From Euglena gracilis (lineage: Eukaryota): a DNA stretch of 64,000 nt. The stretch lies in NCBI GenBank assembly GCA_039621445.1, contig CP154954.1:29583411-29647410 (forward strand). The letters are read 5' to 3'. Of this stretch, positions 34,150 to 48,311 are shown piece by piece; position 1 is the stretch's first letter, and every line of letters begins with the position of its first letter. The notes beneath the pieces are model-generated. The model was not told the origin of the DNA, ran no database searches, and was given only the letters and a program-made list of their open reading frames with translations. The translations under genes were made by a program, and so were the position numbers.

Positions 34150-35850
34150 TGCCGCGGGGAGTCGCGGGGGATACACCGCCATCTCCCAAGAGCTGGCACA
34201 TCTGGTGAGGGATGTGGCGGTCCCAGTGCCAACCTGGGAGGCGCTCCATCGTCTCATGTGTTTCCCAAAGCTGGTCTTGCGTTCATCAGGCCGGGGTGGA
34301 AGCAAGCACCAGCGGCAGGCAGCACACGACATGGACCGACGGCTGCGTCTCTTTCAGCAAGGCCAAATGGGAACCTTATGGGCCGAGACCAAGACGGCCA
34401 CAACCCACAAAGCGCGGAGGTTCCCCACGGAAACACCCCCCCGCAAAAAGGAGGCCCCCCCCACACCAAAAAAAAAAAACGAAGCCGCCAAAAAAAAAGA
34501 GCCCACACGCCAGGCGAAAGGCATCTGCCCAACGAGGCGACAAAGGGGAGTGGAGCCGGCAAAAGCAACACACACGCAAAGGGTAGCCCGCCCGCCCTGG
34601 ACTCCACAAGGTGAGAAGAGAATGCACGCGCGACCCAGAAAGCCGGCTATAGCCCCTAAAAAAAAGGATACACCCCCAACAGAGACAATCGCTGGAGGCT
34701 GCTTCAGTGGATTTCAGGAATGCCTTCAACTCCTTGTCATCTGTAGACGATGCCCAGAAGTTTACCCTTGGCTGGATTCGTGCTACGCCCAACAGCAAGT
34801 TGTATTGTGGAAATCATTGTCTGCCTTCCCAGAGGGGAGCTCAACAAGGCGACCCATGCGGAACTGCAGCTTTCGCCTGGGGTGCACAAGATCTTTGTGA
34901 GGGCCTCTCACCTTTGGTAGAATGGCAAGGATGGTACTTAGATGACGCTCATCTGGTGGGATCGCCAGCCCAACTGCGCAACGCCCTTGCCTTTTTGATT
35001 CGCGAGGCAGCCATGATTGGATTGGCCGTGAACCCTGCAAAATGTCGACTGTGGGGACCAGTGTTCACATCAACAGAAGGTGTCCTCTGCATTCCCCCTG
35101 GCATGCCACAGGACAGCACCTTACATCAAATACTAATGATTGCCTTTGTTGCTGGTTCTGGTTTGAAAGTTTTGGGGGTCCCTGTTCACCAACCCTAAGA
35201 CGACCGCTTTTGAAGACGTTTGCTATAAGCGCATTGAAGACATCCGACGTTCTTACACAGTACTTAACAACACCTACCACAATCGCATGTGCAATTCACC
35301 TTGCTTCGTTTTTATTCATCCGCTTGCAAAGTGAATGACCTCTTGCGCGCAGACATTGTCGGGAATTTTTCGGGAAACATTCAGCGGCATGGTCGGCTCC
35401 CTTTCCCTGGCCATCATATGCAGTGGACTGGGAAACTCTGATCCACTATTTCAACGTGTGCCTGCCAGATTGTCTCAAGTGGTGGACTTTTGTCGAAGAG
35501 CTCTCTCTGTCTTGGGCGTGCCTGCTGCCATGGACATCCTTCCCAAGGACGCTGACGACTGTTTACGGACAGCCCCCAATGAACTTGGTCAAATGACTCC
35601 ACTGTCACAATGGGCCAGTGACAAAAACTTGATCCCTCAGGCACAGTCTCCACACAATTCACAACGTTGGTGGAACATGCTATGGCATGGGCCGCTTTGA
35701 CCGCACCCTGTTGCCCACGGCTGAATTCCGCTGCACACTTCGTTGGTCCCTCACAATGTCTCTCACACCAATGGAATCCGATCCCAACCTCTGTCCCAAA
35801 TGCTTTGGACAGTTCCCCAGGCCCACGGCGGTCCCCAGCTGGTGGCCAAG
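34150..35850 (+). pseudogene. Degenerate CRE-like RT fragment related to element C, with a SINE-like insert at ~34388-34666
   Basis: TWEALHRLMCFPKLVL, DFRNAFN, GAQQGDPCG, WYLDDAHLVG. Confidence 0.85.
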
Positions 35851-36289
35851 GAGTACTATGGTCCCCACCCCGCTCGGCTTGGCCTTTTTACCTATGTGGG
35901 GATGCTGGTTTTTCTGCCACTGGGACATTGGCCCCCAAAAAGCCCTCCGGCAGATTTAACAGTTGCAGCCAGCCGCTGTATTTTCTGCTTGGTTCTGTGT
36001 TGTGCCCTGTTCCATCTTTCGTAGGGCATTTTGCCCAGTGACATCTGTGAGTTGGAAGGCCAATCCCAAAGAGGTTTCTGCTGGGAAATAAGGAATGTCA
36101 AAATGGGAAGCGCCCATGGCATCTTCCCTAGGGAATCCCCAGGGAGCATCCTTCACTAGGAGGACCAGCCCAGATAATTCCACTGAGACGATGCATCCAT
36201 CTACAGTGCGGCTAAAAATTATGGAAGACAGAAATTTTGGCAAAATACCCAAATTTTGCCATAAAATTTTTTTCTCGTAATTTTCTCAC

Positions 36290-36660
36290 TCCGTCGGTTT
36301 CCGACGCTGTCTTCCAGCCCACTTCCGGTTTGTGCCCCAAAGAACACAATACTCATCCCAATTGAATGTCAGTTTCTTCAATGGTATATGCTCAGCCAGC
36401 TCCTTGAAAAACGGGCGACCGGCATCAAGCACCTGGGGAAAATCACAGCAAAAATGGCTCTGCATTAGAAATCACTGACACCTGATCAGTGGGCACAATT
36501 CTATCAGAGTTTGCAGCGAACGGCCTCCATTCTAGTTTCGCCAGTGGATATTTTGCCCATGCCTGGCCGATCGTGAACGTTCCCCCATTTTTTTTGGCAA
36601 GCGTTGCTGGGCGGGTACGTGCGACAACACCTCGAGCGATTGCAGCCACTGGGGGACAGA
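36290..36660 (-). pseudogene. pogo/DDE_1-like transposase fragment
   Basis: GGTFTIGQAWAKYPLAKLEWRP, then after a frameshift LTFNWDE. Confidence 0.5.
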
Positions 36661-37001
36661 AAAATATGTTGAACACGCAACCAGGAGAAAAATGTCGCTC
36701 ACCTGTGCCGGAGGTCAATCCTTCATGGGGACCAGATTTTGCCAAAAAAAATTTTCCAAAATAAAAATTTTGCCAAAATTTTTTTTCTCGTAATTTTTTT
36801 TGCCGTAATTTTTGTCTTCCGTAATTTTTAGCCACACTGTAACTCCAAACAGTGCCCCCACCCAGTAACACGGTTTCCTTCAAAAGGAAAACATCCCCAA
36901 GGGGGACCAACCCAACAGTGGCATGCGTCGGAAATCCCTTCCCAACAACATAGGGTTTACCAAAGTCCCGGGGTGGTCCTGCGCGTGGATTCCGCCTTTG
37001 G

Positions 37002-37052
37002 GGAAGAGGAGGGCTTCTATTGTGTGGCGAAGTTGAGGAAAACCCAGGCTCG
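37002..37052 (+). other. Decayed 2A motif in a retroelement remnant
   Basis: GRGGLLLCGEVEENPGS. Confidence 0.7.
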
Positions 37053-40000
37053 CGGACGGGGTGGCCACCTAAGAGAGGCCGCCAAACCCGGAGGCCCCAG
37101 GGGGCGCCCCCCCCCCCAAAAAAAACGCCCCCAGGGAGAAGGAAAAAAAACCGCCCCCCCCCCCGGGGGCGGCCAAAAAAAACGCCCCCCCCCCAGGGGC
37201 AACCCCCCCCAGGGGTCGACCAAAAAAACCGCGCCAATGGCCACCGATAATTCCGGATCCAAGTTGGTCTACATACCTCCCTCCATCCCATTGGAAACTG
37301 TCATGCCTGAAAATCTTGCCCGTGAAACTGTCAGGGTCCCCGTCAACCTGTCAGTGTAGGAAGTTGTCAGGGTCCCTGGTGCTGGCCAATCTGTCAGGGT
37401 CTCTTTTTTTTTCCGCTTGAAATGCCCTTCCCAGGAAACTGTCAAGGTCGCCCCCTTGGAAACCAGTGTCTTGGGTGCTGGCCAACGTGTCATGATAGGA
37501 AGTTGGCCCACTATGGGCCAAACCCCCATGGCCCAAGAGAAGGGCAGCCCAGAGAGCGCGCACAGCCCCCCCCACACGCAAGGCAGCCCGAGACACGCAG
37601 CGAGCACGCCCCAGCGCACAAGGAGCAGGGCAGCCCCAGGCCGCGCACAACAACGAGCCCCATTTTCGTTGGGTTGACCCCTCGTTTTCGTTTGGTCGGG
37701 CCGGTACGTTACTTGGCGGGGATGGGCCAGAAAAAACGCCCCCTGGGAGGGCGTTTTTTTTTGGCGTCCCATTCGTGCGTGGGGAGGGAGGCTAGTTTTC
37801 TTTTCCGGCGCGCGGGCTTGGTGTGCCTGGTCTGCCTGGACTGGTTCCCCCTGGGGGGGGGGCTGCCTTGGGTACGTGCGGTCCCCTCCCGTTGTGCGCT
37901 GGGGGGGGTCCGCCCCCCCCCAAGAAAAAAAATTCTCCAGGATGGAAATGAAGTTTTAAATACATTTTTGGCTGATTTTGTTAGAAAAATCCCAAAAATG
38001 GCCAAAAATGGGCTTGTTTGGGGTCAAATAAGGGGAGGGTCAAAAATTCCTTTAGAAAGAGGCCAAAAAAAATTTTCGGCGCCTTCGGCGCATGAAAAAA
38101 AATTTTCCCAGGACTCAAATGCTCAATTAAGGAAATTGGGAAATTGGGGGTCAAATAAAGGTGGGGGGGGGGTAGACTGATTGTTGCAAGAAAAATGTTG
38201 CACATCAAATTTCGAGAATTTGATGCAACCCTTCATTGATATGGTAATTTTTTTGAAATGATAAATTGATATGCAATATTGGAGACAAGGCACAGGGGGG
38301 GAGGGGGGGGGGTCCGAGGGGGGGGTTGGAAGCTGTACAGGGGGGAGGGGGGGGGGTCCCCAGAAAATCACAACTGTACTGCCTACCCCCGAGACAGTTG
38401 CGACAATTTTCGTCCAATTGAGGTTGGCAATGATGGATTTTGCGAAATTCAGATGCATTTTGCGAAATGTTTGTCTCTTTTAAAAAGAATGGTAGCCAGT
38501 GTTTTCACTTTAAACACGTAGCAAAAAGGCAGGAAGCAATCACTCCCCCTTGGCACACCATGCGGAATTGAGCCAGGGTTGACGTTTTTTTTCTTTTTCA
38601 ACAAAGAACAAAAAAATATTTTTTTCGAAAAAAACACAAAAAAAAACATGTTTTCTTTTTTAAAAAAGCAAAATTTGACCTTTTTCCTTGCGAAATGGCC
38701 ATTTTTTGAGGAAAAGGTTTTAAGGTCATTTTTTTGGTCATCAAAAGTGACGTTTTTTTTTGGTTTTTCCAGACACTTCATCCAGCACCCTTTACGGATT
38801 ACGAAGCCGCAGAGATGAAAAAAAGACCTTTTTTCTGAAAAAAAGTTTCAAAAAAATTCCCCCAAACCCTCCATGAGGTTTTTTGTTTTTTTTTAAAAAA
38901 ATATTTTTTCTTAGGCGTACTACCCCCGTGACCCCCCCCCCCATTACATCCCCCCGTGACCCGAGAATCGATCCTTTGCCATTCTTTTTTTAAAGCATTT
39001 TTTTAAAAAAAACAATTTGGGACTGTACAGGGGGGGGGAGGGGGGGTCCCAAGGTTTGACCAACTGTACTGCCTTGTCCCCATTGTTGCTTCTGTGGCAT
39101 ATTGAAGGTTTTTAAAAGCAATCCATATCATTGAGTCTCGTCTGCAAAAAAAAATCCAACATCCAGCAATGCTTCAAAAGAATTATGCAACCTTGGGGCA
39201 TCAACAGCCATAAATATATCTCGCCTCTGGGCGAGGAACCAACTTTGAAGGAGGCCAAGTTTCCATGCGATCGTTAAAAGGGAATATGAGGCTAAAATGT
39301 GAGGGAAGATAACAGCCCTGGATTTGAGAAAACTAAATGCGGTATTTCGGGCTCATTACAGACGGCAGAGAGGGGGAGAGTGGTGATCGGACGCTGTGTC
39401 AAAAACAACCCAGTTTTCAAAGCCACCTTCAACCCCGGCCAGGAGGGTGGTCGTATGTACCCAGGAGGGTACTCGTATGTACCGAAACTGTAACCCCCAA
39501 CTGGGGGGTGGTCGTTGTTCACGGGTGGTTGGTGGGCAAAGGAAGGAGGTATGGGGGCTGTGGTGAGTTGGGTGGGATGACATTGGAACCTTCGAGAAAA
39601 TTATGGATGACTGCAGAAAAGCTCATACTGAGAACACATTTCCGCCAAGAGGAAATATTAACCTCAGGCTCAAAGTGCCAATTTTTTCCAAGTTTTAAAA
39701 AAAAATTCCCATCAGAACTGGGGGGAGGGGCAAACTTGGCACGAAGGGTCCCCCTTGGGAACCAAAAAAAATCCCAGGGGAGCCGAGGGAAAAGTTTGGC
39801 GTAGAAATTGGCACCCCCCAGAATGGAAAGCTGGTGGGGGGGACCCCACCCCACAGCGGTCTTTTAGGAAATTAAAAAAACTCTGCTGTTCCAGCACAGT
39901 CAAGGACAAAAAAACAGGGAAGTGGGCAAGAAAAACTGGTATTTTTCGGCAAGAAGAGGTCGACACCAGGAAAAAAATGATTCCTGGCATCCTTGGACCA

Positions 40001-41779
40001 TCGTCCATCCACCCAAATCATCAAAAAATGTACATTTCAACTTTTGAGTTTTTGACCCCGTTCAAGTCCCAGTCCAGCCCTTGGTCGGCAGAAGGGGGGG
40101 GGGCAGTCCTAAAGAAAACAAAAAAAACTTTCCTGACCCTTCCGGTTTCAAAGGACCGCCCTGCCCCCCCCCACACACACAGTTCTGTACAGCCCCTGGC
40201 AAATTCCGCCAAAAATCAAAAAAATACACAAATGCAGAAAAGGCGCTTGTGCCCCCCTGCCTTGAGACCCATTTGAGGAATTGTCAGAACGCATTACATC
40301 ATCCATTGGGTGGATCTCAAGGAGTCGTTTTTTTTTATTAAATTATTTTTCACGGCGGGAGGGGTCCCAGCTCAGCCCACCCCACCCACGGTGGATGGGG
40401 GTCCCTCTTTTTTTCAGTGCGAAGAACTAATATTTTTGGGACAAAATTGACCCCCCGAATCCCCTGTCCCACCCCAGGGCAGGTGTGCCGACTCCTCCAG
40501 GTCCTAAAAAAAAGCATCTCACACCTCATCCATTTGATATTATGCATTTGAACCAATTTCTGAAAAAGGGGTCAGACCAAAACCCAAGTTAACAAAAGTG
40601 CTGGGGGGATTGCTGGGGGAGGACCTGAACCAAAACCTCACAAAATAAAGAATCACCAAAGTGAGAAGATGCTTTGTTCAAAAAAGAACCCAACATTACA
40701 CCACTTCTCAGACGCTCAATCCACCTCCATCATTTGCAGTGAAAGGATGAAATGTGACAGCACAGGAACACGCAAGGGGGGCACAGGGGTTGTGTGAAGC
40801 GTGAGTTGGCTTATCGACTGCCCCCCCCCCCCGTTTGGTTGATTATGTGACAGGTTTGGGAGGTGTCCCAGTGGTTATGCCTTCACCTGGGAATTTACAG
40901 CTGGAGGTCTCGGGGGACGGCCTAGCCCCCTTGGGGGGGGGGTAGGGCCAGTCCCCCCTGATGGAGGAGTCTTTCACCTATCGTTTTGGCTGCCCGACCC
41001 CTGTCAAAGTACCAAGATGTGGCATCATCAAGCCCTGTAGGTGGGGGGGGGGGCTTCAAACGTGGCAAAGCGAGGTGGCACCACGATTCCTATGCAGTGC
41101 CGGAATCGGAATGGTATGGCAAACAATCCACTTGTTGGGGGTCCAACTTACCGTGGATGCCTTCAATGAGGAGACCACGGCCCGATTGATGAATGACCCT
41201 CCAGGGTCCGGGTCCAGATAATGAATTTTTTCAAGATAAAAAGTCTTCAAAAACCTCTGATTTTTTGAGATTTTCAGAAAGCGTGGTTTCCTTCTGGTGG
41301 AAATGATGCCAGAGAACACAAATTTCACAAAAAAAATCTGAAAAGGGGTAGGGGGGGGTATCCGAGACCCTTTTTCTCGACCCCCCTAAACGACCCTCCA
41401 GGGGGGGGGTAATGGTACACCCAGATAGGTGGCGAGAGTCATCAGCCCCCTTGGTGAGTGTGCATAGGTGTGTTTTGTGCTTCTTGTGGTTTATTGTTGT
41501 GAGGAAGAGCCGAAGCGTGACAGGGTCGGACCTCCGGCGCCCTTCGCCTGCTTGTTGTGAAGGACCGCAGACCCGGAGATCTCTTTTGCGCCGCGGCCGG
41601 CGTGCGAAAATGGCAGCATTTACCGCCCGGGAGGCGCAAAAAGCCACGTCCGTGACAAACGCCCAGAAAGCGTCATTTTTGGCTCCGGTAGGCCCGTTCC
41701 GGGGTCCTGGGGTAAGGTCCGGATAGCCAGGGGCCTCGTTTGTTGCTTTGATTCACCGAGAGTTTGTGATTTTGAGAGA

Positions 41780-41799
41780 TTTTTTTTTTTTTCTTGCAG
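41780..41799 (+). promoter_or_regulatory. Probable SL trans-splicing acceptor of MRPL47
   Basis: Poly-T tract + CTTGCAG, 4 nt before the ATG. Confidence 0.6.
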
Positions 41800-41803
41800 T
41801 TTC

Positions 41804-41944
41804 ATGTCTGCATTTAGATGCACTCGTCTCTTACGGAATGGAGACCCAATGCCTGGGATTTTGCAATTTGTTGACCGAAAGGTTCTTCGAGGCAAGAAGC
41901 CAATTGAGGCCGGTCGAGGATGGAGTGATGCCGAACTTCGGAAG
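41804..41944 (+). CDS. MRPL47: Mitochondrial ribosomal protein uL29m, exon 1
   Basis: MSAFRCTRLLR mitochondrial-type presequence and GRGWSDAELRK, followed by a GT donor. Confidence 0.85.
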
Positions 41945-42893
41945 GTGTCAGTGCTGCCAATGTGACTGTGCCGAATGTGATACCCTCCCTCCCCTCTCAA
42001 AGTGTCCCCAAAGTGACCAAAAATATTGGCAAGTTTTTGGTCCCCCCCCTCAAAGTGACCATTTTCCTTCGGTGCCAAAGGCGCAGAAGGCCGAAATTTA
42101 ACCCCCCCCAAAGTGTCCCCCCCACCAGAGTGGCCATTTTGGTGAGGGTATTTGACATCATCTTTGGTGCTACGGCAATCACCATGTCTTTTTGTCCTGG
42201 AGAAAAAAGTGGGGAAAAAATGGCTGTGGCATTTTTTTTGCTTTCAATTTGCCAACCCCCCAAATAATAATCCCCCCAGAGCCACCCTTGGGCCCAAGGG
42301 ACGGCGAAAAGGGCATTTTTCGACGTTTTGGGTGGATGGGCAATGGTCCGAGGATGCCAGAAATAACTTTTTTACTCGGAAGTTGACCCATTTTTGCCCA
42401 AATATGGACATTTTTCAACAAAATATTCCCCAAGGATTTTCCATTGAATGTGTTTTGATGGGAAGTTTTTTGACCCCATTAAGCCCTTCAAGGACCATGT
42501 AAAGCATATTTGCATATGTGCTCTTGACAATTGGCGGAAATTCAAAGGATTGTTTTTTTTTGCTTGTATTTTTTTGAAAAAATCAGTTACCATTGAAATT
42601 GAGACCAAGTAAAGTGGATGTTTCCACAGTTCTGACATTTTTTTTGCCTCAATACCCTCAACCCCCCTCAAAGTGCCCCCCCCCCCCCAAAGTGGCCAAT
42701 TTTTTTTGGCAAGTTTTGGTCCCCCCCCTCAAAGTGACCATTTTCCTTCGGTGCCAAAGGCGCTGAAGGCCAAAAATTTGACCCCCCGAAAGTGTCACCC
42801 CCACCAAAGTGGCCATTTTGGGGTCCCACAGTGGCTGGAGGGTGGCCACTTTGAGGGGGTGTGAAGGTATCCAAAGGGCTTGAGCAGCCGAAG

Positions 42894-43427
42894 CAGGGGG
42901 GGGGGGAAATTGATATCCGCAATTTTTCCGCAATTTCCGCAATTTTCCGCAATTTCCGCAATTTTCCGCAATTTTCCGCAATTTTCCGCAATTTTTCCGC
43001 AATTTCCGCAATTTTTCCGCAATTTTTTCCCATTTTTTTTCCGCAGAATTTTTTTCCTACCACCGAAGATGGAAGATGCAATGAGTTCAAGCCATTCTTC
43101 AAATGGATCAACAGGTGTGCTATTGTGTTTTGTTGTTTTTTTCCCCCCAGTTTACCAATTTTTCTCACAGGTGCACCACTGGTTACAGAATTGGGTGCGT
43201 CCCACCTGTGCAAAGAACATCAAGCGTGTTGATTTGTGCTCGCCTGCATCGACGTGGGTGTTGCGGTGTTCTGAGCCTCACAATTGAAAATTTTCTAAGT
43301 CCCCTCAGACAGAAATGTGTATACCCGATATCAATTTTTCCGCAATTTTTCCGCAATTTCCGCAATTTTTCCGCAATTTTTCCGCAATTTTTCCGAAGGC
43401 CTCCGATATCAATTTTCCCCCCCCCTG
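42894..43427. mobile_element. MITE with (TTCCGCAATT)n subterminal repeats
   Basis: TIRs CAGGGGG...AAATTGATATC and GATATCAATTTTCCCC...CTG. Confidence 0.75.
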
Positions 43428-45045
43428 GCTGAAGTGTGGGCATGTTTTCAATTTTTCATTAAATTAATTTTAATGAAAATTGATTTTTCGCACTTGATCC
43501 GAAGAGAATTCGGGAGGATCAACACATTTCAGGAAGTGTTTTCACCTTCAAGAGATTGGTCGATCTCCTTCAAAAAAAAGTTCGGTAATGCATTTTCCAA
43601 GCAAGTGCCAGCCCATGTGGAGTGTGAAGTACTCCAACACTCCAGCTAGGGATGTCTCATAAACATCATTATTCAGCCCATCATGCCAAGCAATGTGCCA
43701 CACAATATTGGAGTCCGGGTGTAATTTCACCTGTTGGGCCTGAACCGACCAACACCCAGATTTATTTAAGCAACCCCCAAATATAATTAACCCCCGAAAT
43801 TGGTTGAATTGAAGGAAGCAGAAAATTCCTGAAGTTAAGGCTTTTGTGCCTAATATTTTGCGGATGTGAATGCCAGATGGTACAATGCAGGGTTGACGTT
43901 TTTTTTGTCCTTTTTTTTATAAAAAAAACAACATTTTTTTTATTAAAAAAACCGCCAAAAAAACATGTTTTTTTGAAAAGCAAAAATTGGCCTCTTTCCT
44001 TGCGAAATGGCCATTTTTTTGAGGAAAAAAATTTTGGGGTGGTTCGGGTCACGGGGGGGGGGGGGGCACGGGGAACACCACATTTTCGGTGGCCAGATTA
44101 GGAATCACCGAAAACGAATTTTTGGGGGAAAATCCTTAAATCAGGAATCCCCACACCTAAAATTAGGATTTTGACACCAAATTAGGCATCACGATTCCAA
44201 AATTTGCAAAATTTATGCCTCAAAATTAGGAATCTACCTGAATATTTTGTCAAATTAGGCACCACCGACCAAGTTTTTTTCAGAAAAAAAATGGCCGAAA
44301 GGGGTCTTAGGTCGGGTTACGGGGGGGGGGGGCACAGGGGGGGGAACACCCCCTCTAGAGTCATTTTCTTTATATGTGAAAGTATTTAGAAATCTGTGTT
44401 TTTCTGGTGCAAAAAAAATCAAGCTTTCAACGTTCAAAAAACAAAACAAAAAATGAATGCTGCAGAGATAAAAAAAAAATGAATTTTTTTCTTAAAAAAA
44501 AATGTTTCAAAAAATTTTCCCCCAAACCCTCCATGACGTTTTTTTTTAAAAAAAGATGTTTTTTTGTTTCACAAAAAACAAGCCGTCGGCCTTGGTGCAA
44601 TGCAGTTGTGCAGAATTCTGCGGCCTTGTGTGTTTTTTTTTGTTCACTGCTAAATACAAAGCCAAAGGGCGGTAAAGGTAAAGTACGGTTAGACTGTGGG
44701 TTGGACCAACCACCAACCTTCCAACCAACCCTCTTAAACCTGCCCGTTTCAACATTAATTATTAACACACCGAGTGGTTTTGCTTAAATTCGGGATTAAA
44801 TGGCCAACAGAAAAATATGTCTCTTCTTGTTCAATTAAAGGGAGGAGGAGGTTATCAGAGCGAGAATACATGCAACAACATAATAATATCCTCGAAGTCA
44901 GTAGAGACTCCGCTATTTTGTTTGTTTAATCCTGCTTCGCTTTCATATTTTCCTGCATTTTCCCTCCTTTCAAGAAATGCATAGAGACATGAAAATCCTA
45001 AAGAAATCATTAAAAACCTTTGGGAAACGTTTTTGGCCCCACCAG

Positions 45046-45228
45046 GTGTCCAATGAAGACCTGATCAAGTTGTACCAGCTCAGTTGGAAGGAGCGCAATA
45101 TGTTGTGGACAATGCAAGCATGGTATCGAAGCCGGGAGATGAATATGCCTCATGCTGGGCGCATCACAGAGGTGCAGCGTACCATCCACGCCATCCGCTA
45201 CGTTTTGAAATATCGTTATGCCGAGGGG
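45046..45228 (+). CDS. MRPL47: uL29m exon 2
   Basis: After CCAG, in frame with exon 1: VSNEDLIKLYQLSWKERNML...RITEVQRTIHAIRYVL, the L47 family signature. Confidence 0.88.
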
Positions 45229-46143
45229 GTGGCATATGTTGTTTTTCATTGTGAGTTCCATTGCTGTGGACCCTCCCTTAGGAAAATAGTCCTGCTCTGC
45301 GTTCAAAAATTTATTCCAGCAATTTCTAATGCCAAAATATTGGCACAGGGGGGGTCACGCAAGCTGCATAATTTGCATTTTTTTGCATAATCCAATTGAA
45401 AATGAACATTGAATTTTGAAATGTTGCATTATTTGCATTTTCTTTGCATCATGAAAATTTTTGAAAAGTCGCATTTTTGCATTTTTTTGCATATTTTTCG
45501 ATTTTTTTTCAGGCATTTGCACAGGCAAAAAAGTCAAATTGCTCCACTGCCAGACAACGGAAGTTGCATACTGCATGTTTCACATTAGCAAATTCACATT
45601 AGTAGTTGTTGCATAATGAAATATAAGTGGATGCAAATATATGAACCACCATATGATTTTGGAGTTTGCATCCACATTTTCCTTTGTTGCTGCATTTTTG
45701 GACCAGGTGAAATTTTTCTAAGTCCTCTCCAGTGGAAAAGTGTACATTCACGAGGAGCTCCAAAGGGAACTTGCATATTTTTGCATTTTTTTGCATTTTT
45801 TTGCAGCCTGAATTGGCAGCTTTGGGAAGCGACACAAAAAAATTTGCAGCCCCAATCAATTTGTCCAGTAGCAGTTTTATTCATGAGCCCATCCAAAAAT
45901 CCAATCTGTGTGGCGCAACCTCTTGGGGACAAAGCTGCCTGGCTGGCTTGTCCAACTGTCAGCTTTTGGCCTGCAAAATCACAGACAATCCCCATTCTTG
46001 GATCAACGCTCGCCTGAACACCCATGAAGGGGGGACAAATTTTACGGATTTTGTCCAAATGTGGTGCCTGTTGATGGTTTTGGAGGTTTTCTGTTTGGGA
46101 GGCTTCTAAGAAGGCAGGAGGAGCTTTCGGTTGCTTCTGGCAG

Positions 46144-46278
46144 AAGTGGCAGGCCGTCCTCCAGACACACGATTTCATTGTTGACCCGGAAACGGGCGCG
46201 GTGACGAAGAGACTCAAGGACAATAGTGCCTCCCCAGCTGGGGGCGCCGTCGCACAGGGCGGGAGTCTGCAGGGGTAG
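46144..46278 (+). CDS. Probable terminal exon of uL29m (start uncertain)
   Basis: GC-richer coding-like stretch KWQAVLQTHDFIVDPETGAVTKRLKD...QG-stop after a CAG. Confidence 0.45.
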   Translation, partial: KWQAVLQTHDFIVDPETGAVTKRLKDNSASPAGGAVAQGGSLQG

Positions 46279-48086
46279 GTGGACGGCATTTTGCCACCTC
46301 TGCTTCATCATTTGCATCTGCTTGCGTGTGCGTGGCTGTTATATTTTTTTGGATTCCAAACTGAGGTGGGGATGAGCCTCGCTGCCATTCTTCTCCATTT
46401 AGATTCTTACAGTCAATTTGTATTTTTGGATATTGCAATCCTTCATCCGCTCCTTGGCTTTTAAGTTTCAAAAATCCCTGAAGAGTCAAAGTGGGAGATG
46501 TTGTTTTCTTTGTCCAAGGCATCCACAGACCAAGGTTAACTTTTTTTGCAATAATGAAGGGGTTGATTTAACATCTAGGAATCCAGGAATGTGAGAAAAA
46601 AATTTGGAGGTGATTCAGACGGGGGGTCCCGCCCCCACCCTCCCAGCCCAGTGCCCCCCCTGCAGGGATCCTTTAAAAATCGGGCTGTCTGAGAGTACCA
46701 GGGCCTAGGCCCGGCCCAGGAACCCTCGGCCCTAGAACCACCCACCCGGGGGTTTTTCGAGTCAAAAAGAAGCCTGAGCACTGACCTCCTGAAAACCTGA
46801 CCCTCAGCTCTTTTTTTTTTTCTTGGCCCAGGGTTGCAGACCTCGGCTATTGTGAATTTTTTCCAAGAAATTTGCTTTTCTCAAAGGTTGCCAATTTTGG
46901 TGCTTTTCCGCTGGTGCCGTTGGGATCAAGGCGTCACTCAATGGGAGGGGAACGCAAGGGTCCAGCCAGCCAATGGCCTTTTTCCAGTCCTGGGCCCCAA
47001 CCCTACCCTACATTTGCATTTGATTTTTGTCTAGCCCCTTATGGATGGTAATATGTTTTTGTTTTTAATGCAAAATGGACATGAAGTAATGGGCAGGAAA
47101 AGGGCTGCTATTTGTTGAGTGCTCCGATGAAGAAACAAGAGAAAGAGCAAAGCAAGTTTTTTTTGTTCGAGAGCTTTGTACATCGGCGGACCCAATGCTA
47201 ACCGATCGAATCAGAAAAAGATGATCATCGTGCAGATTTTGTCCAAAGGGCATGGCAAAAGATGATTGGAGGGCACACTATCTTGTTGTTTTTTATTGGG
47301 AGTTGGATATTCTCCACACAGTCTCTGCGAATGATGTGGCAAGCTTATCGCAACCTGATTGTGCCTGAGGGATTTTTGAGCAAGGCCATTTGTTTTTTTT
47401 CCCAACCCAGGCAATCGCTGACCCCCACTATTGAACAGAGAAAGAACAGCCCTCCAGTCATCAGCTCCAAGACAGGTTGCAGACCTCCCTGGTGCCAGCC
47501 GTGCTGGACCAAATAAGTTTTTGCTAAAATGCGCAATATCCCCGATAATAAAACATTTTGTGAAAACATTATGCTTTGCCCCCATGGCACCCTTGGGGGG
47601 CTTCATATTTCGGTGGTAAATTTAAACCCCCAGGGGTCCTAGTATTTGTGGGAGGACCAAATATTTGGAGCAGGGGTTTTCTTACGAGACCCCTAAGTCC
47701 CATGAGCTGGCTGGAAGTGTTTCTGGCTGGGGCAAAGCTGAAAACCTCCAATTTTTGGCTGAAAAAAAAATGCAACCCAGCTGGATTTTGGCTTTTTTTG
47801 CTTGCTTTGTTGGGGGGTACCCACTGGGCCTAGCTGCCTGCCAACCGGTGCCCCTGACCCCGGGGGTCCGAACCTTTTTTTCAGGAAAAATGAGAGGCGC
47901 ACAAAATAATTTTTAAACCCAAATGCAAAGCCAAATGTAAAGGCAGGGGGGGCTTCATGGGTTGCCCAATGCTCTGCACCAACAGTCAAGCCTCCATCCA
48001 GGTTGATCAGTGCTAGGGGTGTTCGTTTGGCCTTTGGTCTTGGGGCAGGACCCCGGTCTCTCCCGTCCTCTGTCGCAGCCTCTCCC

Positions 48087-48311
48087 ATGCGCGGCGCCGC
48101 CGTCGCGGCCCTGGCCTGCCTGCTGGCCGCCGCCCTGGTCGGCCCAGCCCGGGGCGGGGGCCAGGGCACCTGGCAGTCCACCTCGGGAACGGGGGTCGCT
48201 GCGCCACCCGTGGCCGGGGCCCCCCTGGTCGCCGCCCCCGCCCGGCTGCACTCCGCCGGACGGCCGCTGCCGCCACCCCCGGCCCACTCCCACGGGGTCT
48301 TGGCCCGGCCC
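48087..48311 (+). CDS. FSH1/OVCA2-like serine hydrolase exon 1 (signal peptide + transit peptide)
   Basis: MRGAAVAALACLLAAALVG then an A/P/S-rich segment; non-conventional intron follows. Confidence 0.75.

Noticed and set aside
44977-45390. Single-exon 137-aa ORF
   Set aside because: Only 45046 to ~45228 is L47-like; the rest is intron.
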